Assembly (NCBI GenBank): GCA_039545335.1
Contig: BCIN01000005.1
Location: 186,001 to 250,000 of the forward strand
Source: Kondoa subrosea
Lineage: Eukaryota
DNA length: 64,000 nucleotides
Direction of reading: 5' to 3'
The notes below the pieces were generated by a model. The model was not told where the DNA came from and did not search any database. It worked only from the letters and a program-made list of their open reading frames with translations. How positions within the stretch are numbered: the first letter of the stretch is position 1; each line of letters begins with the position of its first letter. This document shows positions 14,210 to 27,734 of this stretch, piece by piece. Both the position numbers and the translations under genes were made by a program.

Positions 14210-14249
14210 CTTAGTCCTGTCGTGGTTGCTTGTCGAGCGAATCTGTGGA

Positions 14250-14855
14250 ATGGAAATGCACGCCCTTGTCACAGTCGGCTCAACTGAATTCAGTGCTCTC
14301 GCCCAAGCTGCTCTGTCTCCTGTTGTTCTGTCTTGTCTCGTTGAACAGGGTTATACTTCTTTGACCTTGCAAGTTGGCACTTCCACTTTACCTTCTTCTA
14401 TACCTTCCCTGCCTGGATTGGACATTGAAGTAGTCAAGTATATGAATGATATCGATACGGTTATAGCACAAGCGGATCTGATCATTTCTCATGCTGGTTC
14501 GTCAAGTTTGATCTTCTGTACACCTGACATTACTGAAACGAGGAGAACAGGAGCTGGATCAATCTTATCTGTATTAAAAGGTCCTGCTATACCTTCTTCT
14601 ACTCCATTGAACGAGAAGAGGAAATTGATCATCGTACCAAACAACTCTTTGATGGATGATCATCAATCTCAATTGGCTATTGTTCTGGCTCAGCAAGGAG
14701 CAGCGACTGTTTGCAAACCTGAAGGGGAAGATCTGGTTCGAGCTATTAGGGAAGCGAAGCCTGTTGGATTAATGTCGAAGAGAAGGGAAGGCGACTCTGG
14801 GGAGCTCTTGAATGGGATCATGGGCTTCGAAAGCAAGTCAGCAAGCGTCAGATAG
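14250..14855 (+). CDS. ALG13: UDP-N-acetylglucosamine transferase catalytic subunit (GT28 C-terminal domain)
   Basis: VTVGSTEF, ADLIISHAG|AGSIL (in-frame intron removed) and LIIVPNNSLMDDHQSQLA are diagnostic Alg13 motifs. Start is 14250 or 14256. Confidence 0.92.
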   Translation: MEMHALVTVGSTEFSALAQAALSPVVLSCLVEQGYTSLTLQVGTSTLPSSIPSLPGLDIEVVKYMNDIDTVIAQADLIISHAGSSSLIFCTPDITETRRTGAGSILSVLKGPAIPSSTPLNEKRKLIIVPNNSLMDDHQSQLAIVLAQQGAATVCKPEGEDLVRAIREAKPVGLMSKRREGDSGELLNGIMGFESKSASVR

Positions 14856-15010
14856 AGAAACAAGGTTCTGATCACCGCTCAAGCCAGAATTACAACTTTC
14901 GATATGGCAGTGCGAAGCTGTATCAACTGAAACATCTATTTCTTTCGCAAGCCTTTGGGCCTCTTCTTCCTACACTACTACCTCTCTTATTTGTTTTACC
15001 GAAAGCGAAC

Positions 15011-15490
15011 ATGTCAAGCCCTTCTGCAACTTCTCGCGTTCTTAAATCAAGTCTGCGATCATTTGGCGTCGCAACCAACTCAAAGAAAGTTACGATCGAG
15101 CCTCGTCCAGCGCTTCAACATCCTGAAGCTGCAAAATCACCAGGCTGGAGTAGGTTTGGCAGCGATGAGAATCGAAAATGTCCGCACTGCAAACAAGATG
15201 GTCACTCAAAGGATTTTTCGAGAAACGTCCATTTCGAGGCAGATTACAAGGCTTCCGATCATGATTTAGAGGTCGTGGAGCAAGAAGTCGCTATCGATCT
15301 GAAAAAAGCGCAATGGAAAGCTTCCGAAGCATCTCAAAAGTTGATTACTGCTCAGCAGCAGGCTCTGACGTTTCGGTATCTCCACGCTGCTGGGAATTGC
15401 TTCATCAAATCTTGCAAAAGAGATGGCTCCCGAACCTTTCAAACTTCTTTTCATCAATTGGTACAAAGTCCGGGACGGGAAACAACTTAG
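15011..15490 (+). CDS. Hypothetical protein with a degenerate zinc-knuckle-like motif
   Basis: 159-aa ATG ORF containing CPHCKQDGHSKDFS (CX2CX4H, last Cys absent) followed by a helical segment. The 3' end may be spliced further. Confidence 0.35.
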   Translation: MSSPSATSRVLKSSLRSFGVATNSKKVTIEPRPALQHPEAAKSPGWSRFGSDENRKCPHCKQDGHSKDFSRNVHFEADYKASDHDLEVVEQEVAIDLKKAQWKASEASQKLITAQQQALTFRYLHAAGNCFIKSCKRDGSRTFQTSFHQLVQSPGRETT

Positions 15491-15944
15491 GCGATGAAGC
15501 AAGCTTTGCCAGCTATCTTAGAATCTTCCTCCTCTTACGGATCATTGAAAGAAGTTGTCCCAAGTTGATGGAGAATTGGCAATCGACTGAAAGTGCTCAG
15601 ACTGGACGACTGAATAGCACGGATTCGTATTTGATCCTGCGAGAAATGTGAATGCAGAAGAGATCTAATCAGGAAAAGCTATGTTGGTGAATCAGTATCG
15701 TAATGCGGTCAAGGAGATAGTTGCTACCGAACTTCTTGCGAAAGATTCATGAAGCAGTGGAAAACCTCAATTGCTACAGCTTCTATCAACAAACAGTACG
15801 ATTTGATGCACATTATACATACTGCTGGTCTATGAGGTTATGAAGATCGTGGATGAAATACATTCGACACCACACCACGACAATCTATACGAGAACATAT
15901 GTTGGCAGCTCAAACTTGTGATATTACATGAAAGTACAGGTAGC

Positions 15945-16710
15945 TCATGGTCGGTAGGCAGGTGGCTCTTCTTGGCGGGGTCCGTAAAAGATGTAATGCT
16001 GCCGCACTTTCAGAGTTGGTGGTTGAAATCGCTTCAAACGAACCGGCTTACCTTTAGATCACCAAGACACAGGTAATACCATTCGTTGGAAGCTAGATAG
16101 CGCTCGAGGATACGGCGTTGTCGGTCATCCTTCTCTGGCAAACGGATGGCTGAGTTGATCAGAGCAATCCAATTGGGGCATAGTTGACCGTTGGCATCGA
16201 GAATAACTATGGGCATGTCTGAGCCTCTTTTGCATTGATTTCCCTGTCAATCAGAACCAGTTTCAGAGATCTTTGCATCCGTGTGACGAATTGTATCTCA
16301 CCATAGGAGTAAATCTCATCACACTCGACCTGAGTGCCCACACCCTGTCCAGCCAGTCTCTATATTCAACCCACTGTAGGTAGAGACATCAGTGTTTGTT
16401 GTACACGCGGGCGCGGAGAGCTAGGGCGCGGAGAGCTATCACCTACCGCCCGAAATCGTAATTCTTCGTGCATGACTGAGTCCTGCCTTGTCGCGAGTTT
16501 CTGCACCTGGTCATTTGCCTCGTGAAGCAACACTTCTATTTCCTTGCTGTGTATTGACCGTGCGATCTTTGCAATTGAAAAGGTTTGTTTTGCTGCGTCA
16601 AACAATGTAATGCTGGGTAGTAGGGAGCAAGCAAACTTGTTTAAATCGATCATACCGTAAGATATCGCCCGCAAGATAAGAGAGAGTTCTGAGATGTGCG
16701 TTTGCAACAA
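15945..16710 (-). CDS. Hypothetical protein, multi-exon; 5' end uncertain
   Basis: Exons can be joined via GT-AG introns: ...RFTPM|GNQCKRGSDMPIVILDANG...LGDLK|HYIFYGPRQEEPPAYRP-stop. No known domain recognised. Confidence 0.3.
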
Positions 16711-16932
16711 AGAACAACACGCATGTCAAAACATTCCTGTTACCGTAAATCAGGCCAGTCAGGTTAATAACCTTGCTCAGGGCTTATAAGAGCATGAGAA
16801 GATATATCGTATGTGCAGCTGGATTGTGTTTAGCGATCTCTAGAAGCCCACCGTTACGTTTCTGATGGCCGACTCTGAGACCCTTGTTGAGTTTTTGCAT
16901 GCTTGACCATCAACCACACTATACCTTGAAAT

Positions 16933-17860
16933 ATGTCAGCAGAAGAGTGCGCAGTCAGATCTTTCAAGCTGTATCACTAGCTTAGCGATCACACTGAACA
17001 CAGCGATCAATTCTACGTACGATATTATGTTGGACATTCAGGCCGAGTTTGTTCTCTCAGTTGCATGCCAATGTTGGGTGTAGCACTGATGACCGCAAAC
17101 AGCACGGTCACGAGTTCTTGGAATTCGAATTCTCAAATGGGAGACTGCGTTATGCCAACAACTCAAAGTGCGTCCATCCTCGCTTTCTTTGCAATTTATC
17201 CTGCTTAGGCTGAAAGATACGCACAGCTATCGTAATGATTCCCTTATTCGAAAAGAACGCAAGTTGTCTCCACTCCTACAGTCAGCTTGAAAGCTGATCA
17301 ATGAGTTTGGTAAACTTGCAGTTTGGTTATCCCCTTTAGCTGTCTCTGAACTGAAGCGCATCATTTCAGAATCAGAAATCACAAAGTGCGTGAGCTGAGA
17401 GCTGTTATTAGCTTCAGCCTGATTCGCGTCTCGCCTCAATGCACAGGGAAGACGATTCAACTTGGCCGAAAAAGAATGTAGTGGGAAAACAAGAGCTGGA
17501 AGTAAGGATTGGCAATACACACATCTCATTCGAGGTCGGTGACGAGAAGGATGCTTCAGTTTTGTGCTGATTTTTCCGTTGTTGACATCGACAGACCGCA
17601 AAGATTGGTTCTCTTGTGGATGTACAGTCTTCAGAAGACCCAGAAGGTCTACGAGTCTTCTACTACCTCATACAAGATCTCAGGGTTCGTTGTGACTATG
17701 CTTTGCCTTGTCTCAAGGCTAACACATGTCCACAATTGAACAGATTTTCGTCTTCTCTTTGATTGCTCTGCATTTCAAGATCAAGCCTGTACGTTTATAT
17801 GCTCTGCATATCACAGATGTGTCTCATTGGGCCGCTCAAAATCGTTCATAGACGCATTGA
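16933..17860 (+). CDS. MAGO: Mago nashi (exon junction complex core subunit)
   Basis: Manual splice of ~9 short exons: [147 protein letters not shown]. The last exon and stop are uncertain. Confidence 0.95.
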
Positions 17861-18180
17861 TTTCGATACAAAAGCTGAATTGCTAACAAGCAAAAATCCA
17901 AAGACAGCGAAGAATTCAAGAGATGCTTTCACTGACATGGCAGTATAAAACATAGAGGTCAATCCGAAAAAGGGTCGAGCTGTAGTTGACAACAGCAATG
18001 AAATCTAATGTACTTTATTTCCATCGACAACTCGTAGATGTTCCTCTGTTCTTTGAGACAGCTGCTATACATATGGCTTTACAAGCAGTTGATGCAACAC
18101 TCTATATATACCCTTGGGTAGTCCAATTAAACTGCCTCCCAATAACCAATACCAAAGCAGCAAGGAGTATACATATCGAT

Positions 18181-21100
18181 TTAGAACAGAGATCGACCTG
18201 AAGTACAGAATCAGACAGTTCACAACACAAGAGAAGCTTGTGAACGTACATAGAGGACAAGCAGATCCATGACTCGTATTGAACCATTTGAAGAGACAAC
18301 TAATATTACATTCAGTAAAGCTGATAACAAATGCTGATCAGTGCTGACCTCGCATGGAACGCATTCTTGCACGTTCTGCACTTTTTGGTAGGTAATCTCC
18401 GGTCACCGAGCGAAATGACGCTGTAGCAAATCGCGCAGGCTTCGACGCCTTCGAAGTGCAGTGTTACGTTTCGCTTGAATAGCTGCAAAGCGCTCGCGAT
18501 GTGACCGCCCTGTCAAAGAGACTGTCAGGAACCGGTCAATTAGTAATAGAAGATATACTTACACCGAGAATGGTCTGCTGAATGGCCAAAATCCAAGCTC
18601 GCCAAGTAGCATCTGATACCCCAACTTTCTTCAAATCCTTGATTTCCACTTGTTGCAAAGGGTATTCAGGCGGTATCCGAACAGTCAACTCCATAGGTTG
18701 TTCATCTACTACATAAACCGCTTTCACTTCGCTAACCGTGTTGGAGATTTTGATCGTCATGTTTTCATCTGCTAGAGGTTCGTTCTTGGTCAAGCATGCA
18801 GCTTTAACATGCGAGAGTTCTTCATCGATCAGGAGCGAAGAGAAGTGTTTGGATGTAAAGGAGGATACAGACATGGAGAGCTGCCGATTCTTGGTTTCTT
18901 CCCACCAAGAACGGATGAGAGAGGGTACAGCTTGAAGCGCTCGATAGTAGATATGAGATGCCAGAAGTGCTGCATCTTGCGAAGACGAGTTGGATAGTAC
19001 TGCAGCAGAGATCAGCACAAGCAAAAGGTAGAGATGGAAACGAACAAGAGAGATCTGGATCTTCGATCGACCAGACAGAGAGGTCGAAGGTACGGGCTCT
19101 GTCTAATATGCCGAGAAGGGAGAAAAGAGAAGGTAGGAGAGAAGCGCCAATGAGGTTTTCCGATCGCAGGTGATCTGTATAACCCGTTCGACCGAGATTG
19201 GACTATCAGGCAACATTGAGCAATTATACTTTGACAGTTCAGCGTACTTACCGATTTTGACAGGAAATGGAATGTCAACAGCCAGAAGAGAAGGTAAGAT
19301 TCAATATCATCTGTTGATGTACTTTCGGAGGGTGTATCCTGTAGGCGAGAAACCAGCTCGGCGGGCAGCTTTACGTCAAAATCGCGCTCCGCATCGAGTT
19401 CCATCTCCATCGAAAGATCTTCTACGTGACGAGTGACAACGTCTTGAGCAAGTTGGAAAGCTAGTGCTCGGGCCTTAGGTAGCTTGTGTTGGAAATTACG
19501 CAATAGCTGAGAAGTTCTCATCAGCCTCTCGAAAGGGACACACAAGCAAATTAGACACACCGGTACAAGAACCTCACTGAGACCGATAGATGGGAACTTG
19601 CTTTGACCCAGAATGATGACGAGCTCATCAAAGACTAATTGATCCGGTACAGACGAGGATGTACCTGCGGATAATAGTAAGAAAGTAGCACCTGAAGAAT
19701 GTAACGAGACTTACCTGGGTTGTCGGAGAACACTTTGAGAAGCGTGGTTGGCAATTTGTCAAGTCGAGATCTGCAGGCTTGCTTCAAGCTTGAGTTTGCA
19801 GAACATAGGTCCTCAACAACAGAGATGAAACGACAGGCACGCCATAGACCTGGCAACGAAGAGGCATCTCTCCAATCCGTTTCCTAGGTTGAATTATGAG
19901 CATGCTCCGCCTTTTAATCAAGGTGAAGTGTACCTCAATAATGTTCTCGACAACATCGAACGTGAAGTTCCAGTGAGAACCGGTCAAATTCTGCAGAACC
20001 GGAGCTAGACTGCTCATCAAATTTGCAATGTTCGCCAATGTTCGCGAATCTGGTTCGGAGATGTCATCATCTTCAGAGCTAAACCATCGCTGTAGTGCTT
20101 GCAAGAAGAAAATAGCTCTTTGCTGAGGGATGAATTCGTGCGAGGAATCGGATGGCGGAGCTATCAGAGCAAGTTGCTGCAAAGCGGAAACGCCTTTGAG
20201 CTGCATGTCTGCTGGCTGTAGACCGGATAGAGTGCTAGCAAGCTCGTTCTGGTATCGATGCATTCTTGGCGAATCCATAAGCGAGTCTCGAATCGCGCAA
20301 AGTACTGCTGCTGCTTTCAGAGGCTCTATAACTGTGTTCAGTGTTACTCATACATCCATAGAACACTACGCACCTTTGTTGTAAATCGTCTGAGCATATC
20401 CTAGCCATTGTTCTAGCCCGTTTGCCTGAACATCTGTATACCTAATAGTCGCTGCAAAGACCTTGGTGAATATTCTTGCATATGCAACATTATTGTTGCT
20501 GCGTTGCAGGCAGGAATACAGCAAAGCGAGAAGAACGTTAGATGGATCGGAGCTAGAAGGACTTCGGACTCGTTTCATAAGTTCGGCTTGCCAGTTGTCT
20601 TCTAGACCACGAGCCAGAGTTGAGACGAGATAAGTACTGATTTTATCGCACAAATTACCCAAAGACTGAAGATCTTCGCTCGCTTGACCAGTGCCGAGGA
20701 TTGGTGAGGGAAGAGAAGGTACTGTTAGTGCGTCTTTGGTGGCTAAGTCTAGGAGAAGGATATGCTCGAGCAGCCAAGAATTGTCGCGGAATCGCTTCAG
20801 ATCATCGCCAAGTATACATAAAGCAGTAGTGATCATTCGCGCGAAAGGAGAAGGTGAAGATGTAGCGCCGTTTGAGCTGGAAGAAGGCGTCGCGATTGCT
20901 ATTAGAGGATCTAGAATGGCCATAGCTTCGGAGCATGAATAATTTCGGAAAGCATCTTCTTGCGCTTGTGCTATTGCTTGTCGATCGGCTAGAAGCAGTG
21001 ACATGACAGATCTGCTGTCCCCATTCAAGGTGGATAACGCTCGAGCACCACTTGTCAACTCGGCAGGACTGTACTTCTATAAGTACATAAGGTAGTGAAT

Positions 21101-24014
21101 TTTTAGTGCATACCTTAGACTTGACTGTGAATCCGTAAGCGAGGTTTGCAGCAAGTGTTCTAATTCCGCGCGCAACGCCGCTCGCGCCGGTAATTTTGAC
21201 GCTTTTGTAGCTTCCCATATTGTCCTACATAATTGCTGAGAAGTGTGATCCACACTGGGCGCCATATGTAGTAACCGGAAGACAGATATGAGTGCAGGCC
21301 GGAGATTTGGGGAGGACAAGATCTTCTGGCTTAAGGCAGGATCTTCCATAGCAAGAGCCAGCAGGTTCAACGGATTGTGCAGTGACATCTTGAACGGATA
21401 CGGAGTGAAAGCTTGATCAGCGGCAGATTCGAGATGTGTTGTAAGAAGGATCAGAAGTTCATCTGGCATAGAGGGATCGACCAGAGGTTCAGGGTGCTGT
21501 AAAAGCTTGGCGAAGAGCTCAATTTCCTTAAGAGACTCTGTCGATGCGGAAGAATCGCTAAGGAAGCGTTGGGAGAACCGATTCATAAGGATATCATCCA
21601 TATGCGCTGATGGAAGGTCCGATGGAAGATGCTGCTGCTTTTCAATGACTGACGAAACGACTGAAGTGATCGCTTGCGAATCAGCTCCAGGTAGAACGGC
21701 AAAGACCGATTGCCATGCAGAGGTCTGTAGATCCCGATCCGTCCGTTTTTGAAGATAGACCAGTAGCAAAGAGACACTCGGAGCTAGCTGAGATGGAGGT
21801 CCGTCTACCAGTATACCAGGCAAAGTAGAGTTGACAAAACCGTCTAATGCTTGAAGTGCTTCGGGATTTAGGTAACTAGAAGAAGATGTCCAGAGCTCGT
21901 TGATGAGAGAAAGTTTGGATGTATCGATGGCTGCATCAGGAGTAGCGAGATTTGTAGTGCTTTTGACAATATCTGAAATGAGGTCTTGTAATTGACTTTG
22001 AAGGATTTTCTCATGGTCTGCTGAAATCAGATTTGGCAAGACAGTTGCAATACGAGCATGTCTTTCCGCGTTATCGTCCTTGCTCACTTCAGCCATAGTG
22101 CTATCTCTCACGACCTCCCAAGTAGCAGTAAGTAGACCTAGACTCGTCCGTCAGCCGTTTGCTTTCATTCTGAAACAACTCGTACGTACTCTGATCGTCA
22201 TTAGATCCCAGTCTCTTGAACAAAGTAACGAAGAAGCCCAAATCCGCTACATTTTTTTCTTCAATTAAAGCTGACCAAATCTTGCTCACTTGCATTGAAG
22301 CCAAAGTAGCCTTATCTTCTTGACTTTCCAGGCGTTTGTAGACGAAAGCGAAAGCTTCAGAAGCACTATGCAGCAAAGGAGTACAGACGGGCGCTTGCCA
22401 GATTGCGTCGAACAATAAAACAGCTTGTTCTAACTCTGCGAAACTGGCTACTTCTTTCGGGATCGTGGATAAGAGGACCAAGATAGCTGGGTAGTTTCTG
22501 GTAGAATTGATAGGACATCCAGTGGACAAGAAAGAGAGGAAGGACGATAACAAGGGAGTGAGGTCTGTTTCGCCTGTAGATTCGACGGTGGATGTTTCGC
22601 TCTCCACATCAGAATCGTCACCATCTTCCTCTTCCTCATTAGTTGACTTAGATGACGCCAGAAGCCAAGGTGAAGGTTTTGCTATATCTTTTGCATCAGC
22701 TGATTGCTAATACTTCGAAAGTCAATCCGCTAGACTTACTGTTGAGCAAAGCCAGCAGACCATCCCACATCTGTCCTTGTACTCTATAATCTCTTTCGGC
22801 AAACGCAGCGAACATTGCATGCCGGCTGACAACTCCCAAATGTGATTCCAGGGGATTCAATTTCATTGCCAGTAATTCCGCTAATAAAGTCCAGCAAGCT
22901 CTTCTAGCTACTGGTAATGCTTCTTTGATATCTATAAGAGAGGGTAATAAGACTGTCCAGAGAGACGACGAGGAAAGAAGCGAGTCAAGGGCTTCTTTAT
23001 CTTCGATTGTCACTCGCTCTGAGACAGTTTTCAACCACATACTAGACCGAGAAGTGAACGACATACTTAAAAGCCATATTAGAGCTTCTGAAGCACTCGC
23101 AAAGAGTCTAGATGATCTGGACTGCGAATCTTCACTATCGTCCGATCGAGGTGAAGAAGCAGCACTAGTCCCATTTTCCGATTGCAATCGCATCTGAGGT
23201 GTATTAGGCGTACTACTAGCTTTCAATTTCATAGGCGTAAAAGTGGGAGGTGTTTCAGTTCCTTCATTTGCTGCTTCTTGTTCAGCGAAAAGCAGGTATT
23301 CTCTCAAATAACCCAATAAATCTGAAGAATAAAGGGAAAGATCCATCTCTGGTGAAGTGAGAGCTGATTCCCATGATCTTTTAGCTAACATTGACACCGA
23401 ACGATCGACATCGAAAGTCGATGCCAGCCAACTTCCAAGCAGATCAGCATTGCTCAAATTTGCTGGTGACAGTAGAGCAGATCGCAGCTCTTCATCTACT
23501 TGAAGAAGAGTGGCTTGGAAAGTAGCTGTAGCTGTTCGAATGGATCTTGAAGCATGTCGAGAGAGATTGGGAAAATGATAGATCTGCGTATTACTTAGCT
23601 AAATTCGGCTGCCCAGAGCAATAAACATACCCAGACAGGTAAAGCAGCAAAGACTTGATTGATATCACCATTCTCAGATGACTTGATGCCATCAATCCAG
23701 GATTGCAACTCTTCCAGTGCTCGAGCTATAGTCTTCTCGTCCTTCTTCGCCAGCTTCCTCAGGCTAACCACAACATCCGCATCGACTGCTGAATCCCCAG
23801 CTACACCTAGCCCATACAGATCAACCGGGTCGATGACAGCTCGAGCAGGTTTGACAGGCGGAATATACTGCTTCTTCTTCGGTTCGCCTTTCTTTCCCTT
23901 CTTATCCTTTTTCTGACCTCGTTGAACTGGCATAGGCTTATCATCGCCTTGCTGTTTGGCTAACTTCTTTTTCTCATTCTTCTTGCGAGTACCTTTGCTA
24001 GCTGACGAGGGCAT
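18181..24014 (-). CDS. LTN1: Listerin E3 ubiquitin ligase (ribosome quality control)
   Basis: N-terminal SLRKLAKKDEKTIARALEEL, long HEAT-like body, RWD-like VVDEQPMELTVRIPPEYPL, and spliced C-terminal RING FEGVEACAICYS...CRTCKNAFHA|SCLFKWFNTSHGSACPL|CRSLF-stop. Confidence 0.95.
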
Positions 24015-25886
24015 CTTACAGATCAATCTATGGATATCTCAACCCGTGCTAGGTCTCGTGGTATCGCTGTCCAAGGTATCGGTTCGAATGCAAGCCGCAA
24101 CTTTTCGAAAATCCATGACGATGTCTCTTGATTTTGCTCAACGATGTCACTCGTGCTTCATCGAATCCATGGCTCTCAATGCGTGTATGTTAAGCGCAGG
24201 CTCGGGCATCAGCGTTGCGCGAGCGATGCCATCGAAACCAGTACTGGTCAACACAACTATTTGGGATTCTTCGATTTCTGTTTCGATCCGCGTGCCTTTC
24301 CATTGCAGCATGTTCTGCTTCGTGTCTCGTAATCTCTGCCTTGTCATTTCTCAATCATTCTGGCTTTCATCATCTTTCATATAGTAGTACCTTCAACATC
24401 GGTACCCGCTCTGCTCAGACTCAATGCTATCAGTCCTTGAGCCAAAGAATATCAGGCTACGACCTCATGTACATACGTTAACAAGAATGTCAATTCCTTC
24501 TCGCTATCAAACTCCGCTCTTACGTGATTAATGAGGTTGAAGGCAATCGCGACCGAAATTACAGTGTTTCCATATATTACTACGAACCTGCTTAGTCTAG
24601 CAAATTCGCTCTTACGTCTCGAGATGATTAAAACTCGGATTTTTTCTGCTCTCCCTGTCTTCCTCGAACTCTCTGGTCGCCTGTGGTAGTCAAGTGGGTG
24701 CTGCCTTAACTTGTCCGCTTCAGACTGGTTTATTGCTTGACCCTACAGCATATCATTATTACGAGGAGGGAGTCAGCTTCAAAGTATGATCACATCAACA
24801 TGCCAGACTTTTCTCATTGTTCTACGCTTCCGTTATAGCTCGAATGTGCGCAAGATGCCGTTTTAAGCCAGGAGAAGGTATAGGTAGGAGCGATGAGTAC
24901 TTTTGCCATGGGCAGTGCGCACTGCTCCTCCCGTATCCTTCTGACATGATTCGGGTGTTGCTGTTTGGAGTTATGGCGCGTTCACATGTATAGAATGCAG
25001 CCAAGAGGCCTCTCGTGATGATTAGCTTGCATTTTGCCTGACGAGGCATACTTGTAACGCATGTATCTGATCTCTATCTTTTGTAGAATGAATTCAAATA
25101 TGTTGCTGCTCCCTTGTCCTCTCGGTGCTCCTGCCGCTTGCTTTCTGAGCTCGCCTTCCGTCGACCTGCCTAGCCTTACTTGAAAGTGACGTTTTGCTCT
25201 GGACCCACCACTTTCTGTGTGATGTCCAACAAAATGAGAGCACCAACAGCAGCAATCAAAATGCCCAAGCCTATGGGGAGCTTGATCAACTGTACAATTT
25301 TCCAATCTTCAATCTGGCTCGAAAGTCATGAAATCTCCTTTGCCAAATCCATGATGCTACGATTGCTCTTGTTACGGTCAGATGCGGCGCTATTCAAGAC
25401 TAGCGATCCTTCATACTCCTGCTTCGTATGCTCCTATGCTATTCCTAGCCTTCGTTTCTGTCTCTTTGCATTATCAAATGATCGATAGCGCGGCAAGTAT
25501 GCTACGACTATATGGCCTTCCTTGACATCGTTGTAACAGGTCAAGCTTGTCATATTGCGACTCATCACCATCGGAATGTTGCTTCTAGATCTCTGCCGAA
25601 AAGTCGAAATTAAGACAGCGTACAAAGTAGCAGGATGATAGCCTATCTCTCTTGCAGCTGTTAGGCCCAAGTATAACTAAGTATATCTGCTTTGATTGCG
25701 ATTATCTTGGCCCTCGGCAATCGGTATGCAGAGCTAGACAGAAGGCGTTACTCAAAAGGCAGTGTCAATTTGGACAAAACGGCGAGGTTTCTCCCTCTCT
25801 TTCTGATAACCATATCTTCTCAACCTCTTCCTCAACCTCTTCAGCTACTTTTACCAACCCTTCATAACTATCTTACCTGTTCAGAC

Positions 25887-26369
25887 ATGGTACCTCCAAG
25901 TACCTCAATGGCCCATACTCCTCGTTCTGCACATGAATACCATGTTCCCTTATCACGAGCTGTGATAACACGCGTCAATTATCTATCTCAAAGACTAGAA
26001 GTCGTGACTTCGAACGCGAACCAAGAGGGCATACCAATTCCGATCAACGCCGCAGAATGGAACAAGTTGCATCGCCCCGACGCAACAACATATGGCATCG
26101 GCATTGGACTCACTCAGCTCTTACAGGAGCGATATGATGGAGGTGCTGTAATTGAGCATTATCGAATCGATTGCTCGGTTTCTTATCGTACACTGTCGAC
26201 CCTTGAATGGACTCATTTGCATCCTTGGTCTGACAAAGGTGCATGGTATGATCCTACTCCGTCTACTATCGCAAGCCCTTTCCCAGCTTTCTTAAACATG
26301 GATACCTCAGAAAGTGGTCCAATTCTACAACAGAGTATGCTACGCTGCGTTCCTATGGGCCATACATGA
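25887..26369 (+). CDS. Hypothetical protein (~160 aa)
   Basis: First ATG within the 225-codon open frame 25692-26369. Globular-looking composition, no recognisable domain. Confidence 0.4.
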   Translation: MVPPSTSMAHTPRSAHEYHVPLSRAVITRVNYLSQRLEVVTSNANQEGIPIPINAAEWNKLHRPDATTYGIGIGLTQLLQERYDGGAVIEHYRIDCSVSYRTLSTLEWTHLHPWSDKGAWYDPTPSTIASPFPAFLNMDTSESGPILQQSMLRCVPMGHT

Positions 26370-26806
26370 CTGACCTATCATGTAGTCCAGTCTCATCTTG
26401 GTCAGGTGGGCTATAGCGTGAAACTTGATATCAAAGTACGCCAGTTGCTTACTTGGCGGTCGGGAGCTGGTCACGACATGAAAGAGATTACTAGTTCCAG
26501 ACAAGTTGCCCAGCATCAAATGCAACTCATCCGTGCGTTCTTTTGCTTCAGCTGCGAGTCTAGCTGATTTCAGTTTCCAGGCGTGATTGGTTAACCTTTT
26601 CTAGTTTCATCATTAAGTTATGCTTGTATATTATCTTCTATATCATGTATTCGCATACTTTCCTTCTACGGGAGTCCTTTCTCGAGCCTGACTTTCGCCT
26701 CTGCCTTGCACATCCGTTCATTAATTTTCGACGACCGTCATCGATAGTTTCGTTTCGTCTTCGACAACGGCTTTCCTTCAACAAATATCTGTATAGCAAG
26801 GCCCTA

Positions 26807-27235
26807 ATGGCAGCAATCTGGTCACGAATGCATATGAGAGCTCGATCAGCAGCCAACCCAAACCTGGAAGTCGCCAAATTCGGTCTCTACGTTACATTTC
26901 CTCTAATGTTCATGGCTTACTTTGGCGATCCATCGTGGTATGAGAAATACGTGTCGCCTTTCAGAGACTCGTTTGCTCATCCGGAGCTGCAAAAGAATGT
27001 GAGCGAGGCACTTCGAATGCATGACTTGTGATAGTCTGATCGATCTTCCGTGACACAGAAACCTCCTAGAACTCAAGCTGAGTTGCAAGAGAAGCTATCA
27101 GAGTATAGAGGGATCAGGCAGTCGAAGAGAGGAGGAGATCGAGGGATGGTCGAAATACCGAATATCGCTCAAGATCCACCTGTTACTTCGATACAATCGG
27201 TAGCAAAGGAAGAGCCGCTACAGAAGCTGGTATAG
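26807..27235 (+). CDS. PET100: Cytochrome c oxidase assembly factor Pet100
   Basis: NLEVAKFGLYVTFPLMFMAYFGDPSWYEKYV followed, after one intron, by KPPRTQAELQEKL: the Pet100 family pattern. Confidence 0.88.
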
Positions 27236-27734
27236 CTGTATTTGAGGATTTTAAGCTGCTTTGAGCGGATTGATTGAGCATCAGGACTGTAAAGAGGAGC
27301 TTCGCTTCGAGAGATGAAGGTACGTTCAAGCGCACTCGCTGCGCTATCAAACTCAGGCGATACGATAGCACATATATCAGCATTGTTATACCAATCTCCA
27401 TGCATTGTACAATTTCTCAACACTTCTACTCATTAATTAGCAAATTATCGCAACAGTGCCGTATTTCTCAAGCTTGATCGTCAACTCTACTCTGCTAAGA
27501 ACGCACCTCTTTCCCTCAGCTTACCTCTACCATCCTTTGATCCGCTTGAACTTCGGCGTTTAGGCTTAATTGCACCCCACAAAATTTGACTCGAGTCGGC
27601 TAACGTAAAAGCTCTTTCCTCTTGCTTTTGGACGGTCAGCTTCTCCACAATCATCAAGAAATCAGCAGCCGCGCATAAAACGCCAGATCAGGAGGGATCA
27701 AAACAAAAAAAGCTGTAATTAATCCTCTTGGCAG

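Noticed and set aside
16408..16438. 15-bp tandem repeat gggcgcggagagcta x2
   Set aside because: Only two units and frame-preserving; not an array or CRISPR.
18738..23916. Numerous plus-strand ORFs over LTN1 (and antisense ORFs over other genes)
   Set aside because: Antisense shadows of real coding regions with no independent evidence.
24100..25680. Short ORFs including a TM-like exon (LPIGLGILIAAVGALILLDI) on the minus strand
   Set aside because: Could be a fragmented gene, but a start, stop and continuous frame could not be established.
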